In this document: piece by piece, positions 10,475 to 19,774 of the stretch | Numbering within the stretch: the first letter of the stretch is position 1 | Layout of the letters: each line of letters starts with the position of its first letter | Source: a virus | Taxonomy: Duplodnaviria > Caudoviricetes | DNA: 60,387 nucleotides | Direction: 5' to 3' (one strand) | IMG/VR virus record: IMGVR_UViG_3300050014_001170 | Span: 1 to 60,387 of that record | Notes under the pieces: generated by a model | Told to the model about the DNA's origin: nothing | The model's input: only the letters and a program-made list of their open reading frames with translations | Databases searched by the model: none | Position numbers and translations under genes: made by a program

Positions 10475-10911
10475 AATTCTGCAATTATTTTTTCTTTAGC
10501 CCCATATCCTAATCTTGCTGAAACTTTTTGAACATCAATCCACATGGCAGTTTTACATGGAAAAACCATTGAATCTATTTCAGCTTCTTTAGCAGATTCA
10601 TTAAGCAATTCATCAGGACCATAATCAACCGAAAGTGTTAGATGATATCCCGGATAATATTCCACTGCTTTTTTATAGGTTTCTGACATTCTTCGGATTA
10701 AAGATTCTTTAAATTTTTGAAGTTTCTCTGGGGTAACTCCTTCTCTTGCTCGATTTGCAGTTACATTTCCAAGCATCCACATCATATTTCCCATACGGCG
10801 ATCCTCAGCACTTCCTTCATTCTGAGCTCCATTATCCCAGTTCAATTTATGACCAGAGATTTGTTCTGCCCACCAGTTGGCAGCAGCTTCGAGTAATTTT
10901 GAATCAATCAT
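10471..10911 (-). CDS. Hypothetical phage protein
   Basis: 146 aa; AANWWA...DNG...LSVDYGPD...FPCKTAM; ATGA overlaps on both sides. Confidence 0.65.
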   Translation of the reverse strand: MIDSKLLEAAANWWAEQISGHKLNWDNGAQNEGSAEDRRMGNMMWMLGNVTANRAREGVTPEKLQKFKESLIRRMSETYKKAVEYYPGYHLTLSVDYGPDELLNESAKEAEIDSMVFPCKTAMWIDVQKVSARLGYGAKEKIIAEL

Positions 10912-11135
10912 TTCTTTTCTTTTTTATAATCAAATAAAATACTATCATACCATACATTTCTTCCTGTGTCACATTTTACTCGACATCTGTTTTGTCTAAG
11001 GATTGAGAACTCAGTAACAATATATTGTTTGCCTAGAGTTAATTTCATTTTTGATGAAGGTCTTGATACACATCTAACCTTTAAATTAACCTTTTGTACT
11101 ATGGGTACTTCGACTGCATTTTTAAATTCAAACAT
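10908..11135 (-). CDS. Hypothetical protein
   Basis: Coupled ORF in the minus-strand run. Confidence 0.55.
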   Translation of the reverse strand: MFEFKNAVEVPIVQKVNLKVRCVSRPSSKMKLTLGKQYIVTEFSILRQNRCRVKCDTGRNVWYDSILFDYKKEKK

Positions 11136-11138
11136 AAT

Positions 11139-11669
11139 TTAAAACCTTAGGTTATATTGTAATAAAAGAAAATTTACTTTTTCTAAACAACATTTTTTAT
11201 ATTTTTTACCACTTTCACAAGGGCAAGAATCATTTCTTTTAATTTTCTTAAATTTAAGAAGATATTGTTTTACTTTTTCCTTTTCTTCTATTCGAGCATT
11301 AATTTCTTCTTCTCGTTTTTTCCTTTTTGCTTCATTAATTGTATGTTGACCCGCATCACTTTCAATTATTTCTGTTTCCCAATCAGACCCTGGAGGACTA
11401 AACATATGGGCCAATTCTTTAATATTTCTTTGCTCTGGACTACTCATAAAATCCCCAAATAATTTGGTATAGCTTTCCTTTTGTTTTTCATTATAACGTT
11501 CTCTCTGCTCAATAAGTTTTTCTTCAGGGATTTCCGATAATAAAATATTTGCATAAACGGTTTCACATTCATTGCAAAACAACTCTTTCGGATTAGGATA
11601 TTGCTGTTCAAATAATTCCCAATCATTGCATTTTTTGCACCAGAGTCTTTTATATTCTCTTATTGGCAT
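11139..11669 (-). CDS. SEC-C motif/zinc-ribbon protein
   Basis: N-terminal CxxC...CxxC; C-terminal RNDSCPCESGKKYKKCC is a SEC-C motif. Confidence 0.75.
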   Translation of the reverse strand: MPIREYKRLWCKKCNDWELFEQQYPNPKELFCNECETVYANILLSEIPEEKLIEQRERYNEKQKESYTKLFGDFMSSPEQRNIKELAHMFSPPGSDWETEIIESDAGQHTINEAKRKKREEEINARIEEKEKVKQYLLKFKKIKRNDSCPCESGKKYKKCCLEKVNFLLLQYNLRF

Positions 11670-11777
11670 CCCTATCTAAATTATTTAATAAAGTAAATGT
11701 ACACAAAAATTTCCAAATTAAAAAATAATCTTAGAACTTTTTATCAAATATATGATATAATCTATATAGTAGTTTTG

Positions 11778-12572
11778 ATGAAAAAATTTAGAAAAGATAA
11801 AAATAAACTTTTCATATGTGAAGAGTGCGGAAAATTATGTAAAGATAAAACAGTTTTAAGTATTCATAATATTAAAATTCATAAATTAAATCCTAGAGAA
11901 TATTTTAATAAATGGATAAAAGAAGAGGGGGAAGGAATATGCAAAATATGTGGGAACGAAACAGAATTAAAAAGATCTGATAAGGGATATACTAATACAT
12001 GTTCCAAAAAATGCAAGGATTTATATGTCACAAAAAGAACTGAAGAGGAAGTTTTTAAAAAATATGAGGTATGTAATGTTTATCAGTCTGAAGAGATTAA
12101 ATTAAAATGCAGAAAAACAAAATTGGAAAAATATGGAGATGAAAAATATCAAAATAGAGAACAAATAGAGAAAACTAATTTAATGAGATATGGTTCAAAA
12201 ACCCCATTAAAAAATATAGAAATACAATTAAAAACCCAAAAAAATGGAATACTATCTAAAAAATTCAAAAATTTATGGTATCAGGGGTCTTATGAATTAG
12301 ATTTTCTTACTAAATATTATGATAATTTTTCTGATATTAAAAGAGGGCCAACAATTAAATATATTTTAGATGGCAATATGAAAAACTATTATTCAGATTT
12401 TTATATACCTTCCTTAAATCTTATAATAGAAATTAAAAATTCATATCTTTTAAAAAGAGATCAAAATATGATTAGAGAAAAAGAACAAGCAGTATTAAAA
12501 AAGGGATTTAATTATATTATGATTTTGGATAAAAATTATGAAGAATTTTGCAATTTCTTTCAAAATTTATAG
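11778..12572 (+). CDS. Free-standing endonuclease (C2H2 zinc finger plus PD-(D/E)xK), homing-endonuclease-like, inserted antisense
   Basis: CEECGK...H...H; CKICG; KYG repeats; GSYE...YYSDFYIPSLNLIIEIK. Opposite strand to both neighbours; start moved to ATG 11778. Confidence 0.7.
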   Translation: MKKFRKDKNKLFICEECGKLCKDKTVLSIHNIKIHKLNPREYFNKWIKEEGEGICKICGNETELKRSDKGYTNTCSKKCKDLYVTKRTEEEVFKKYEVCNVYQSEEIKLKCRKTKLEKYGDEKYQNREQIEKTNLMRYGSKTPLKNIEIQLKTQKNGILSKKFKNLWYQGSYELDFLTKYYDNFSDIKRGPTIKYILDGNMKNYYSDFYIPSLNLIIEIKNSYLLKRDQNMIREKEQAVLKKGFNYIMILDKNYEEFCNFFQNL

Positions 12573-13063
12573 TTTTTATATATTGTAATATTATTTAGCA
12601 TTCTTACAACACGTTGATTAGGTAATATATAAGGATTTGCTCTTTTAAATTCCTCTCTATCACATTGAAAATAATCACAAATAAATTGAGCACAAGCACC
12701 CGATCTTGCGATTCCGGCTGAACAATGAATAATAAAAACATTTTGCTTTTTATTTTTCTTAATAAAGTCCCTAATAGCTTTTGCATCTTCAATAGTAAAA
12801 GCTTTCACTTTTTCCTGATTAGTTGGAGAAAATTTATCAGTATCCTGTTCAACATCATCAAACCATAAACGGATAACATTTGAATGATCCTGATCAAACC
12901 AAGAAACAGACCATTGGCCATGAGTATCATTAATAGAAATAAGAGCTACATCTGAAAGAGTTTTTTCAACATTCTTATCAGAGATTCCCATTTTCTCCAT
13001 TACCTCATTAAATTGAGGTTTACTCCAAGCCAGTATTCTTTTAGTTTTTTGTTCGATTGACAT
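12560..13063 (-). CDS. Protein-tyrosine/dual-specificity phosphatase-like protein
   Basis: HCSAGIARS (CX5R) motif, with ISI, FDD and PN motifs. Confidence 0.8.
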   Translation of the reverse strand: MSIEQKTKRILAWSKPQFNEVMEKMGISDKNVEKTLSDVALISINDTHGQWSVSWFDQDHSNVIRLWFDDVEQDTDKFSPTNQEKVKAFTIEDAKAIRDFIKKNKKQNVFIIHCSAGIARSGACAQFICDYFQCDREEFKRANPYILPNQRVVRMLNNITIYKNYKF

Positions 13064-13075
13064 TTTTTATAACTT

Positions 13076-13339
13076 TTATTCTTTATAATTAAATTTATTA
13101 GTAAAAAACCATATATAATATAGGCATAGAGGAAACCATATTATAGGAGTCCATTGATCTTCTCGATCATTAATCTTTATTTTAGGATAATGAAGATGTT
13201 CGCTCATTAAGAATAATCCTGCTATTATTTGAATAAAGTACAAAACCAATATCCCAGCTATAATAAAATCTATCCATTCGGGTATTTTATCAAGTAACTC
13301 CCCTATCATTTTTTCCTTTCCATTAAACATTTTCCGCAA
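13076..13339 (-). CDS. Small membrane protein
   Basis: Two hydrophobic segments. Confidence 0.5.
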   Translation of the reverse strand: MRKMFNGKEKMIGELLDKIPEWIDFIIAGILVLYFIQIIAGLFLMSEHLHYPKIKINDREDQWTPIIWFPLCLYYIWFFTNKFNYKE

Positions 13340-13935
13340 TTATATTTATATCTATCTTTAGAGTGAAAATTTGGATGATTTTTACAAAGATCAATTTTTT
13401 TTGTTTTCACTTCTTCTTCTGAAGCTAATCTTTTTCTTCCAATCCCTTGTTCCCATTTAGCTTTATGGGATCTTTCTCTTTCCGCATCCTCTTCATTACC
13501 AATAAAAAAATATTCTCCGTAACCAGATACAGTTATAATCCATGTAGCTTCACCTTTCCAAATTTCTTCAAGAAGGGCAATTCCGTCTTTCCATTTTTTT
13601 CCAGCTCTTATTTCATGAGTAAGAGATAATTTTCCACACCATGAATTCCATTCTGCAGGAATTTTTTCGTCACTTATTCTGGCAAGATAATATTTTGTGT
13701 TAAAAGAAAAGACCATTCCACATCCTCTTGCCCCACAAAGAACTTTTGAACTAGGAACTTTTGCAATAAAATGTTTTTCATCAAGATGTTTTACAACATA
13801 CATTCGGTTTCCCATATCATATCCGGAGATTTTTATTTCTTCTTTGCCATCATGATCAACCCAAAGATCATAAAGAACCCCTTTTATGATAGGATCCTCA
13901 ACTCTCATCAATTGGTTTATTTCAATTCTTTCCAT
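13306..13935 (-). CDS. Hypothetical protein
   Basis: 209-aa ORF in the minus-strand run. Confidence 0.6.
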   Translation of the reverse strand: MERIEINQLMRVEDPIIKGVLYDLWVDHDGKEEIKISGYDMGNRMYVVKHLDEKHFIAKVPSSKVLCGARGCGMVFSFNTKYYLARISDEKIPAEWNSWCGKLSLTHEIRAGKKWKDGIALLEEIWKGEATWIITVSGYGEYFFIGNEEDAERERSHKAKWEQGIGRKRLASEEEVKTKKIDLCKNHPNFHSKDRYKYNCGKCLMERKK

Positions 13936-13942
13936 TTTTCTA

Positions 13943-14731
13943 CTATTTGTTTGACCATTTTGTATAATTTTTAAATTCCCATCCTTCTGTATTAAGAGTA
14001 TTTTTATAGCATTGAGATTTATTTTTTATTTCTATTTTTCCTTTATTTTTCCATCTATTTAAAATTCTCCAGTCTAAATTATTGATTTCAATAAATTTTT
14101 TTAATTCATCTTTATATAAGTTAAATTCTTTATTATTTGGATCGATTATTAGCCATAATGATTTCATTCTCCTTCCATGTTTTCCTTCTCTTAATACTTG
14201 CCAACTTTCACAATTCAGGGTATTTTCTTTTATATGATAGGTTTTTTTGATTTGTATTTTTCCATAATTGATATGTTTTCGAAGAGTATAGAAATTTAAA
14301 TTTTTTTCTTCACATATTGCGCTTAAACAAACATTTTTATATTCCTTTCCAGCTGGATCGATTAATGTATATTTTTTTGATGAGGTTTTTCCAATACAAG
14401 AATTTCTTATTTGATTTTTTGTTTCTTCAGAATGACACCCCTGTACCCCCACACCTCCAGTTGGACTTATATTATACCCTCTAGGCTTTAATGTGTTAAA
14501 TTCTTTTATATATTTTTCCTGTAATTTGCTTACTTCTTCTCGGGTATCACCCCATTCTAATATTTCTTTGAAAAAATTATGTTCTCCATATATTTTAACT
14601 GTATTACAAAAATAAGAACCACTTCCAATATAATATCTTTTTTCTTTTGGATCTATAGTATGATCCCCGACATATTGTTTGCCACTTATTAAATTAGTTG
14701 TTAGATATACATAATGAATTTTATTAGACAT
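13943..14731 (-). CDS. GIY-YIG homing endonuclease (Seg-like)
   Basis: YVYLTTNLISGKQYVG...YYIGSG...F.KEIL...E..YI...GYN, followed by repeated DP DNA-binding modules. Confidence 0.8.
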   Translation of the reverse strand: MSNKIHYVYLTTNLISGKQYVGDHTIDPKEKRYYIGSGSYFCNTVKIYGEHNFFKEILEWGDTREEVSKLQEKYIKEFNTLKPRGYNISPTGGVGVQGCHSEETKNQIRNSCIGKTSSKKYTLIDPAGKEYKNVCLSAICEEKNLNFYTLRKHINYGKIQIKKTYHIKENTLNCESWQVLREGKHGRRMKSLWLIIDPNNKEFNLYKDELKKFIEINNLDWRILNRWKNKGKIEIKNKSQCYKNTLNTEGWEFKNYTKWSNK

Positions 14732-14775
14732 AGTTTTTATTTTATATATCTGGAAATTGGTATTTTAAATTGCAT

Positions 14776-15918
14776 CTAAATACAGCCTTTATCAATAAAT
14801 TCTCTTGCATTATTTAATTTATGTGTTCTTTTTTCAAGATATTCTTTAATAGAAATTCTTATATCTTTATTATTAAATATGTGCTGAATTGCAAAAGAAA
14901 AATTTGGATTAGATTTAAATTTTAGAACAAACTCTTTTCGATCCCCTTTATATAATTTACATAGTTTCTCTACTTCTAAACTCTTTTTGTAAAAATAATT
15001 CATAACAATTTCTTGTATATGTTTTATTTGATTCCTAAATTCCTCATCTTCTAATTGGGAAAGTAAATCGTCTATTGTTTCATCCAATATCATTTTTATA
15101 ATAATATTTTCTCTTTCTGCATCATCCTTGCATTTATGCTTGATGAAATACCAAGCCGTTTTTAATTTAATAAGTTGATCATCAGTAAATTTAATAACCC
15201 ATCCTTCTTTTCCTTCAGCAGTTTTAGATTCCTCTATTAATGAATCAAGAGTTCCGCTTTCTTCTTCAACTACTTGCATATCTTTAGGAATAAAAGACTT
15301 ATTAATTTCCGAAACAGAATAATAAATTCCGGTAATATTATCTCTCATTCCAATAAAACGAATCTGAGGTTTAGAATATTTTAAAACGACTCTGTTATCC
15401 CAAGAAACATATTCAAATAAAGGAGTATATCCGGCGTTGAGTAATTCTTTAACCCAGATGACATGCTCTTCGTTTGTATAGAGAAGGTTATAAGCTAATT
15501 CGGATTGTTCACTAGTAAATGATCCTATAGTTTTAGCAAAAAGCTTTCCGTTAGGAAGCATCATAAAAGCTATAAGAGATCCATCAGCTTTTTCAGTTAT
15601 GCTGCAAATTTCTTTATCTTTAACAACTCCATACTGAGTTGAATCTACCTGATTAAGATTAAAAAATTTAGGAAGCATGAAAAAAGTTTTCCAGAGGGAT
15701 CCATCCTTATTAAAAACAAAGGTAACACCTCTCAGATCAAAGGCATTTACTTCAGGACGATTTGGAAGGGGATTAGCGAAATCATTCCATCCGCATATAA
15801 AATAATTAAATGCTGCAAGTTTGTAACCGTCTTTCGTAAACGTAAATTCCCAGAAGTTATTGCTATTATACTTCTGGCAAATTTCCTGAGCATCTTTATA
15901 TGTAAGAATATACTTCAT
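14776..15918 (-). CDS. RNA ligase 1 (T4 Rnl1-like)
   Basis: RG, KFFNL, motif I EKADGS, FEY, motif IV EGWV and motif V KLKT. Confidence 0.85.
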   Translation of the reverse strand: MKYILTYKDAQEICQKYNSNNFWEFTFTKDGYKLAAFNYFICGWNDFANPLPNRPEVNAFDLRGVTFVFNKDGSLWKTFFMLPKFFNLNQVDSTQYGVVKDKEICSITEKADGSLIAFMMLPNGKLFAKTIGSFTSEQSELAYNLLYTNEEHVIWVKELLNAGYTPLFEYVSWDNRVVLKYSKPQIRFIGMRDNITGIYYSVSEINKSFIPKDMQVVEEESGTLDSLIEESKTAEGKEGWVIKFTDDQLIKLKTAWYFIKHKCKDDAERENIIIKMILDETIDDLLSQLEDEEFRNQIKHIQEIVMNYFYKKSLEVEKLCKLYKGDRKEFVLKFKSNPNFSFAIQHIFNNKDIRISIKEYLEKRTHKLNNAREFIDKGCI

Positions 15919-15964
15919 TTTTCTTTTAGCTAAAGTACGAAATGTTTCTCAAATAAAAAAATAT

Positions 15965-16264
15965 TTAATCTATTATTTCAATAGCTTCCCATTCTGCTAC
16001 CCAAGGACCCCAATAATTCTGATAGGTCCAGCCATCATCAAAACTTGTATATCGACAAATAATAAGTCTTTCTTTTACTTTAATTTTTTTAAGCCAACGA
16101 AATTTATGGCCAACCCACCATGGACGATAAGCGAATATTTCTCTTATTCTTTCTGTATTAGTAATTTTTTCTTCCCAGTGTTCTCCTTCACTTTCTCCAG
16201 ACAATACCCCAAGGAGTTCATATTTTTTCCCCTCAAAATTAAAATAAGTTTTTTTCATTCCCAA
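15965..16264 (-). CDS. Hypothetical protein
   Basis: Coupled ORF. Confidence 0.55.
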   Translation of the reverse strand: MGMKKTYFNFEGKKYELLGVLSGESEGEHWEEKITNTERIREIFAYRPWWVGHKFRWLKKIKVKERLIICRYTSFDDGWTYQNYWGPWVAEWEAIEIID

Positions 16265-16476
16265 TTATTTTTTAGATAATCAAATAATTCATTTACCCTT
16301 ATCCTTTCATGTGGCCACGTACAGTTGCTGCAGTCCCAAACCCCATTTTCTAAATAATATCCTAAAGATGTATCATTACAGGGCCAACGATAGCAATAAC
16401 AAAAAACACAAGATTCTAATTTATCTTTATCATGACAGGGGTAATAAGTACATCCTTTATTAATTGTGCTAATCAT
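16255..16476 (-). CDS. Cysteine-rich small domain (zinc-finger-like) protein
   Basis: CTYYPCH...CVFCYC...WDCSNCTWPH pattern. Confidence 0.75.
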   Translation of the reverse strand: MISTINKGCTYYPCHDKDKLESCVFCYCYRWPCNDTSLGYYLENGVWDCSNCTWPHERIRVNELFDYLKNNWE

Positions 16477-16755
16477 TTTTTAAATTTACATTTATCGAAA
16501 TGGTATCTCCCCATTATTCGGTAACCACCAAATTTATTGCAGTATGGGCAAATAACTATTCTTTGCTTAAGTTAATAATTTATGACAAACAAAATGTTCT
16601 TTAGCTATTAATAAAACTTTGTTTTCTTTTTCTTCTCCCCCGCCTAAACATTTAGGGAGAATGTGATGATTTTCATAATAAACCCCTTTGTGTTTTTCTC
16701 TCTTTTTTGATATAGCATTTTGAATTATATTTTCATAAATTTTTTTATGATTCAT
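16473..16755 (-). pseudogene. Internally deleted/frameshifted HNH homing endonuclease remnant
   Basis: The N-terminal part (ENHHILPKCLGG...EHFVCH) stops at 16567; a C-terminal piece (CPYCNKFGG...MGRYHFDKCK) follows in another frame. Confidence 0.65.
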
Positions 16756-17168
16756 AATTTACTCGGTTTGGGCTCTTGGATAACATTTTTTTTAATTTGT
16801 AAATGTTTATTAAAATGTTCACTTTTTGGATCATGCAATGGGCAATAGGGATCTTCTGAACACTGGCGACCCGGACCACAAACCTCAATACATAATTCTT
16901 CAAAAGTATTGTAAACTTTCCATTCTTTCAATCCATTATCCCCATCTAAAACTGGTTTTTTGAAAGCAAGTTTTATTCTATTGTTTGTCCAGATAAGGTC
17001 TTTTACAGATTCAAAATCCTGCAACATAGATTTATCCCCATATCCTTGAGGAATGTCATTTTCATAATGAACTTCAGCAATGGAAAAACCACGTTCCCCA
17101 TTATTAAATAATTTTGTAATTATTCTATGATTCCAATAATGAAATGGGGTTTCTTTAGGTTTAGACAT
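16752..17168 (-). CDS. Hypothetical phage protein
   Basis: WNHRII...FSIAEVHY...AFKKPVL pattern. Confidence 0.6.
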   Translation of the reverse strand: MSKPKETPFHYWNHRIITKLFNNGERGFSIAEVHYENDIPQGYGDKSMLQDFESVKDLIWTNNRIKLAFKKPVLDGDNGLKEWKVYNTFEELCIEVCGPGRQCSEDPYCPLHDPKSEHFNKHLQIKKNVIQEPKPSKL

Positions 17169-17173
17169 ATCGA

Positions 17174-17914
17174 TTAGGTATATTTAGAAATATGTAATTT
17201 TTCTTCAAGTATTTTTTCATTCCAAAATTCATAAAAATCTTTTAAATGGTTTCTATCGTAATCCCAAATCTCATCCCAGACTTCTTTCTCAGCAGTTTCT
17301 TTAATTGTTTCTATAGAAATTCCATCAAAGAATTTGGTAACCAATTTTATATAAATACTTTTATCACAAATTTCAATAAGAGCTTTTCTTTTATCTTTTT
17401 TGGTTTCATAATTTTCATCAAGATCTTTTGGATTAAGTTCTGCATTAAAAGCTTTGTGATAATCTTCTAGAGTCCATCTAAGCATATTAAAGTAATGTTC
17501 CAATTCAGGTTTCCAATAGGTATATTCCACTTCTCTCTTTTTCCACTCATTTCCGCATTCACACTTATTAATTGGATTGGTATCTATTTTTCCACTACTG
17601 TGACCACTAATATATCCTCCAGTTCCAAAAAGATTTCCACTCATACTTCCTTCCATGGATCCTTCAAATTTTCCTTGGAGCCGATTAATTCGATCATTAA
17701 TTTTTTTGGATCCACATTTAGGACATTCATCATTTATCCACGAAGCGATTTTTTTAGAACTTTCATTTTTAGTATCCGCTTCTTTATCAGCACGATCTTT
17801 GAGAATTTTATATTCCTCTTTAATTTTTTTGAATTTGAGAGTAGCAAGTTTTTCTGTTTCTAAACGTTTAACCTCTCTTTGAGTTTTTCTTTTCTGAAAT
17901 CCAAATAAGTCCAT
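17174..17914 (-). CDS. Hypothetical protein with zinc ribbon
   Basis: CPKCGS...CECGNEW flank a Gly/Ser-rich segment. Confidence 0.6.
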   Translation of the reverse strand: MDLFGFQKRKTQREVKRLETEKLATLKFKKIKEEYKILKDRADKEADTKNESSKKIASWINDECPKCGSKKINDRINRLQGKFEGSMEGSMSGNLFGTGGYISGHSSGKIDTNPINKCECGNEWKKREVEYTYWKPELEHYFNMLRWTLEDYHKAFNAELNPKDLDENYETKKDKRKALIEICDKSIYIKLVTKFFDGISIETIKETAEKEVWDEIWDYDRNHLKDFYEFWNEKILEEKLHISKYT

Positions 17915-18223
17915 ATGATATATTTTAGGGAACCAATATACGAAATCTTTTCGAAATAAAAAAATATTTATTGAATTATTTTTTCAGGGCTGTATCTATT
18001 AATAATTCGCGGGTCGTGCGCGCTCGCGACTAAAGAACCAAATTTTTCCTTTCTTACATATAAAGAGATTTTTTCCTTCTCTCTTAGACACTTATTTTAT
18101 GCAACTCCTGGAAAAAGTTTTGTTAAAATCTGTTAAAAAAGTTAATTTTTCGTTAAATATGTTTTTTAATGTGAGAATTTTGTTGTACATTTGTCCTGAA
18201 TAAATAAAGCAAAGATATTATCA
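17915..18223. promoter_or_regulatory. Divergent promoter region at the strand switch
   Basis: Promoter-like motifs on both strands (minus near 17935, plus TACATTTG at 18186), four GTTAA boxes at 18122-18156 and a GC-rich hairpin at 18007-18029. Confidence 0.6.
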
Positions 18224-18802
18224 ATGAAACTTGTAAAAGAAAATTTAATGGAAGGGGTGGCTGATAAGGTTTATCCTAATTTTAATATTCCCGGGGATTT
18301 TGATAATTTCGAAAAAATTTATGCTGAACAAGAAATTAAGAAGGAAGAAACCAAAATGAGCAATATAGAATTTGAAAAAAAAGATAATTGGTCTCTTATA
18401 AAAAATCCAGTATCCCTTCAAAATTTTGGTCCTTCTATCAGAGGTGTTATTATGGAGAATGGGGATTTCTATTTAGAAAATGTATCCGGGGTAATTCATA
18501 ATGATATACTGGACATTCTTTATAAAAAAGGAGTTATAAAAGAGCCGGTTAAAAGAAATTGGGGTCGCAAATTTCCTTTTGAAACAGAATTTTTAACTGT
18601 TCAAAGATATGGTGATTCAAATAATATTACTATTGGGGAGAGTAATAAAGCTATTTATGTGGAATCCGAATATAATAAAAATAGACATTACTACACAGAA
18701 TTTATGAACAAGGCTAAAAAGAAATGTCCAAATATAAATTTCATAGATAAATTAATAGGAATAAAATATCTTAAAGAAGCAAAAGGATTTCATATTTTAT
18801 AA
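18224..18802 (+). CDS. Hypothetical protein
   Basis: 192-aa ORF, first gene of the plus-strand run. Confidence 0.6.
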   Translation: MKLVKENLMEGVADKVYPNFNIPGDFDNFEKIYAEQEIKKEETKMSNIEFEKKDNWSLIKNPVSLQNFGPSIRGVIMENGDFYLENVSGVIHNDILDILYKKGVIKEPVKRNWGRKFPFETEFLTVQRYGDSNNITIGESNKAIYVESEYNKNRHYYTEFMNKAKKKCPNINFIDKLIGIKYLKEAKGFHIL

Positions 18803-18944
18803 AATACTTATAAAGTAAATTCTAAAAAAATATCTCAAATTATTTTTTAGTTTTAGATTTTTTTCGTATATTTGAACCTTAATTAAAACATTTACATCTC
18901 TTTCGCATAAAAGATTAAAGAATATATAAAAAAATAGAAACATA

Positions 18945-19127
18945 ATGGCTCAAAAAATTAAAATAGGATTGGTGTCTACACAGGATTTATATAGGATGAG
19001 TTGCCGTATAAATAGATCTTCTGCGAAAGCTCAAGGCTTTTATGATGGTCGTTTCGCATCAAAAACCGAGCCAACAAAGAAACAAATGCTTCACCTTAAA
19101 TTACGCAGATCAAAACATCTGATCTAA
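18945..19127 (+). CDS. Small basic protein, possibly ArfA-like
   Basis: 60 aa containing GFYDGRFASKTEPTKK...RRSKH; has its own promoter and a downstream hairpin. Confidence 0.5.
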   Translation: MAQKIKIGLVSTQDLYRMSCRINRSSAKAQGFYDGRFASKTEPTKKQMLHLKLRRSKHLI

Positions 19128-19149
19128 ACAAAATAATTTTTTATAAGGT

Positions 19150-19174
19150 GGGGATTTCCAAAAGGAAATCCTTT
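19150..19174 (+). terminator. Hairpin terminator
   Basis: ggggatttcc-aaaa-ggaaatcctt followed by T residues. Confidence 0.5.
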
Positions 19175-19186
19175 ACTGTTTATTAA

Positions 19187-19720
19187 ATGAGGAATAATAA
19201 AATGACACAGGAATTAATTTTTAAAAAAATGGATGGTACAATCATCCAGGATGTAAATCAGTATGTTAAGGATTGGGTACTTGATAATCCATATGGAACT
19301 GTAACAATTGGTTGTGATTCTCAGGAATTTGCAAGATATGTTAAATATGCAGTTGTAATAGTAATGCACATGAAGGATAAGTATAATATGGGAAAGGGTG
19401 CTCATGTTATTAATTGTACAATATTTGACAAAGAAATGAAAGCCAAAAGAAGTACTGCTAAAATTACTATGGAATTTGATACAGCCAAACTTTATAATAA
19501 ACTATGGCAAGAAGTGGAATTAACTGTTCAAGCTGCACAAATGCTTGACGGATGTAATAAAAAAGTAAAAATTCATCTTGACTATAATTCAGATGCTCAT
19601 GAGATGTCCAATCTTCTCTATGCTTCAGGAATTGGATATGCTTTATCTAAGGGATATGAAGCATTTGGAAAGCCCGATGGAATTTGTGCTTCAATTGTAG
19701 CAGATAAATTTTGTAGATAA
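19187..19720 (+). CDS. RNase H-like YkuK (DUF458) family protein
   Basis: IGCDSQ...KLWQEVE...IHLDYN...KP...AS.VAD motifs. Confidence 0.8.
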   Translation: MRNNKMTQELIFKKMDGTIIQDVNQYVKDWVLDNPYGTVTIGCDSQEFARYVKYAVVIVMHMKDKYNMGKGAHVINCTIFDKEMKAKRSTAKITMEFDTAKLYNKLWQEVELTVQAAQMLDGCNKKVKIHLDYNSDAHEMSNLLYASGIGYALSKGYEAFGKPDGICASIVADKFCR

Positions 19721-19774
19721 AAAAAGATCCCAGATTATTATTTAGTCTGGGATTTTTTATGTACATTTGTTCTT

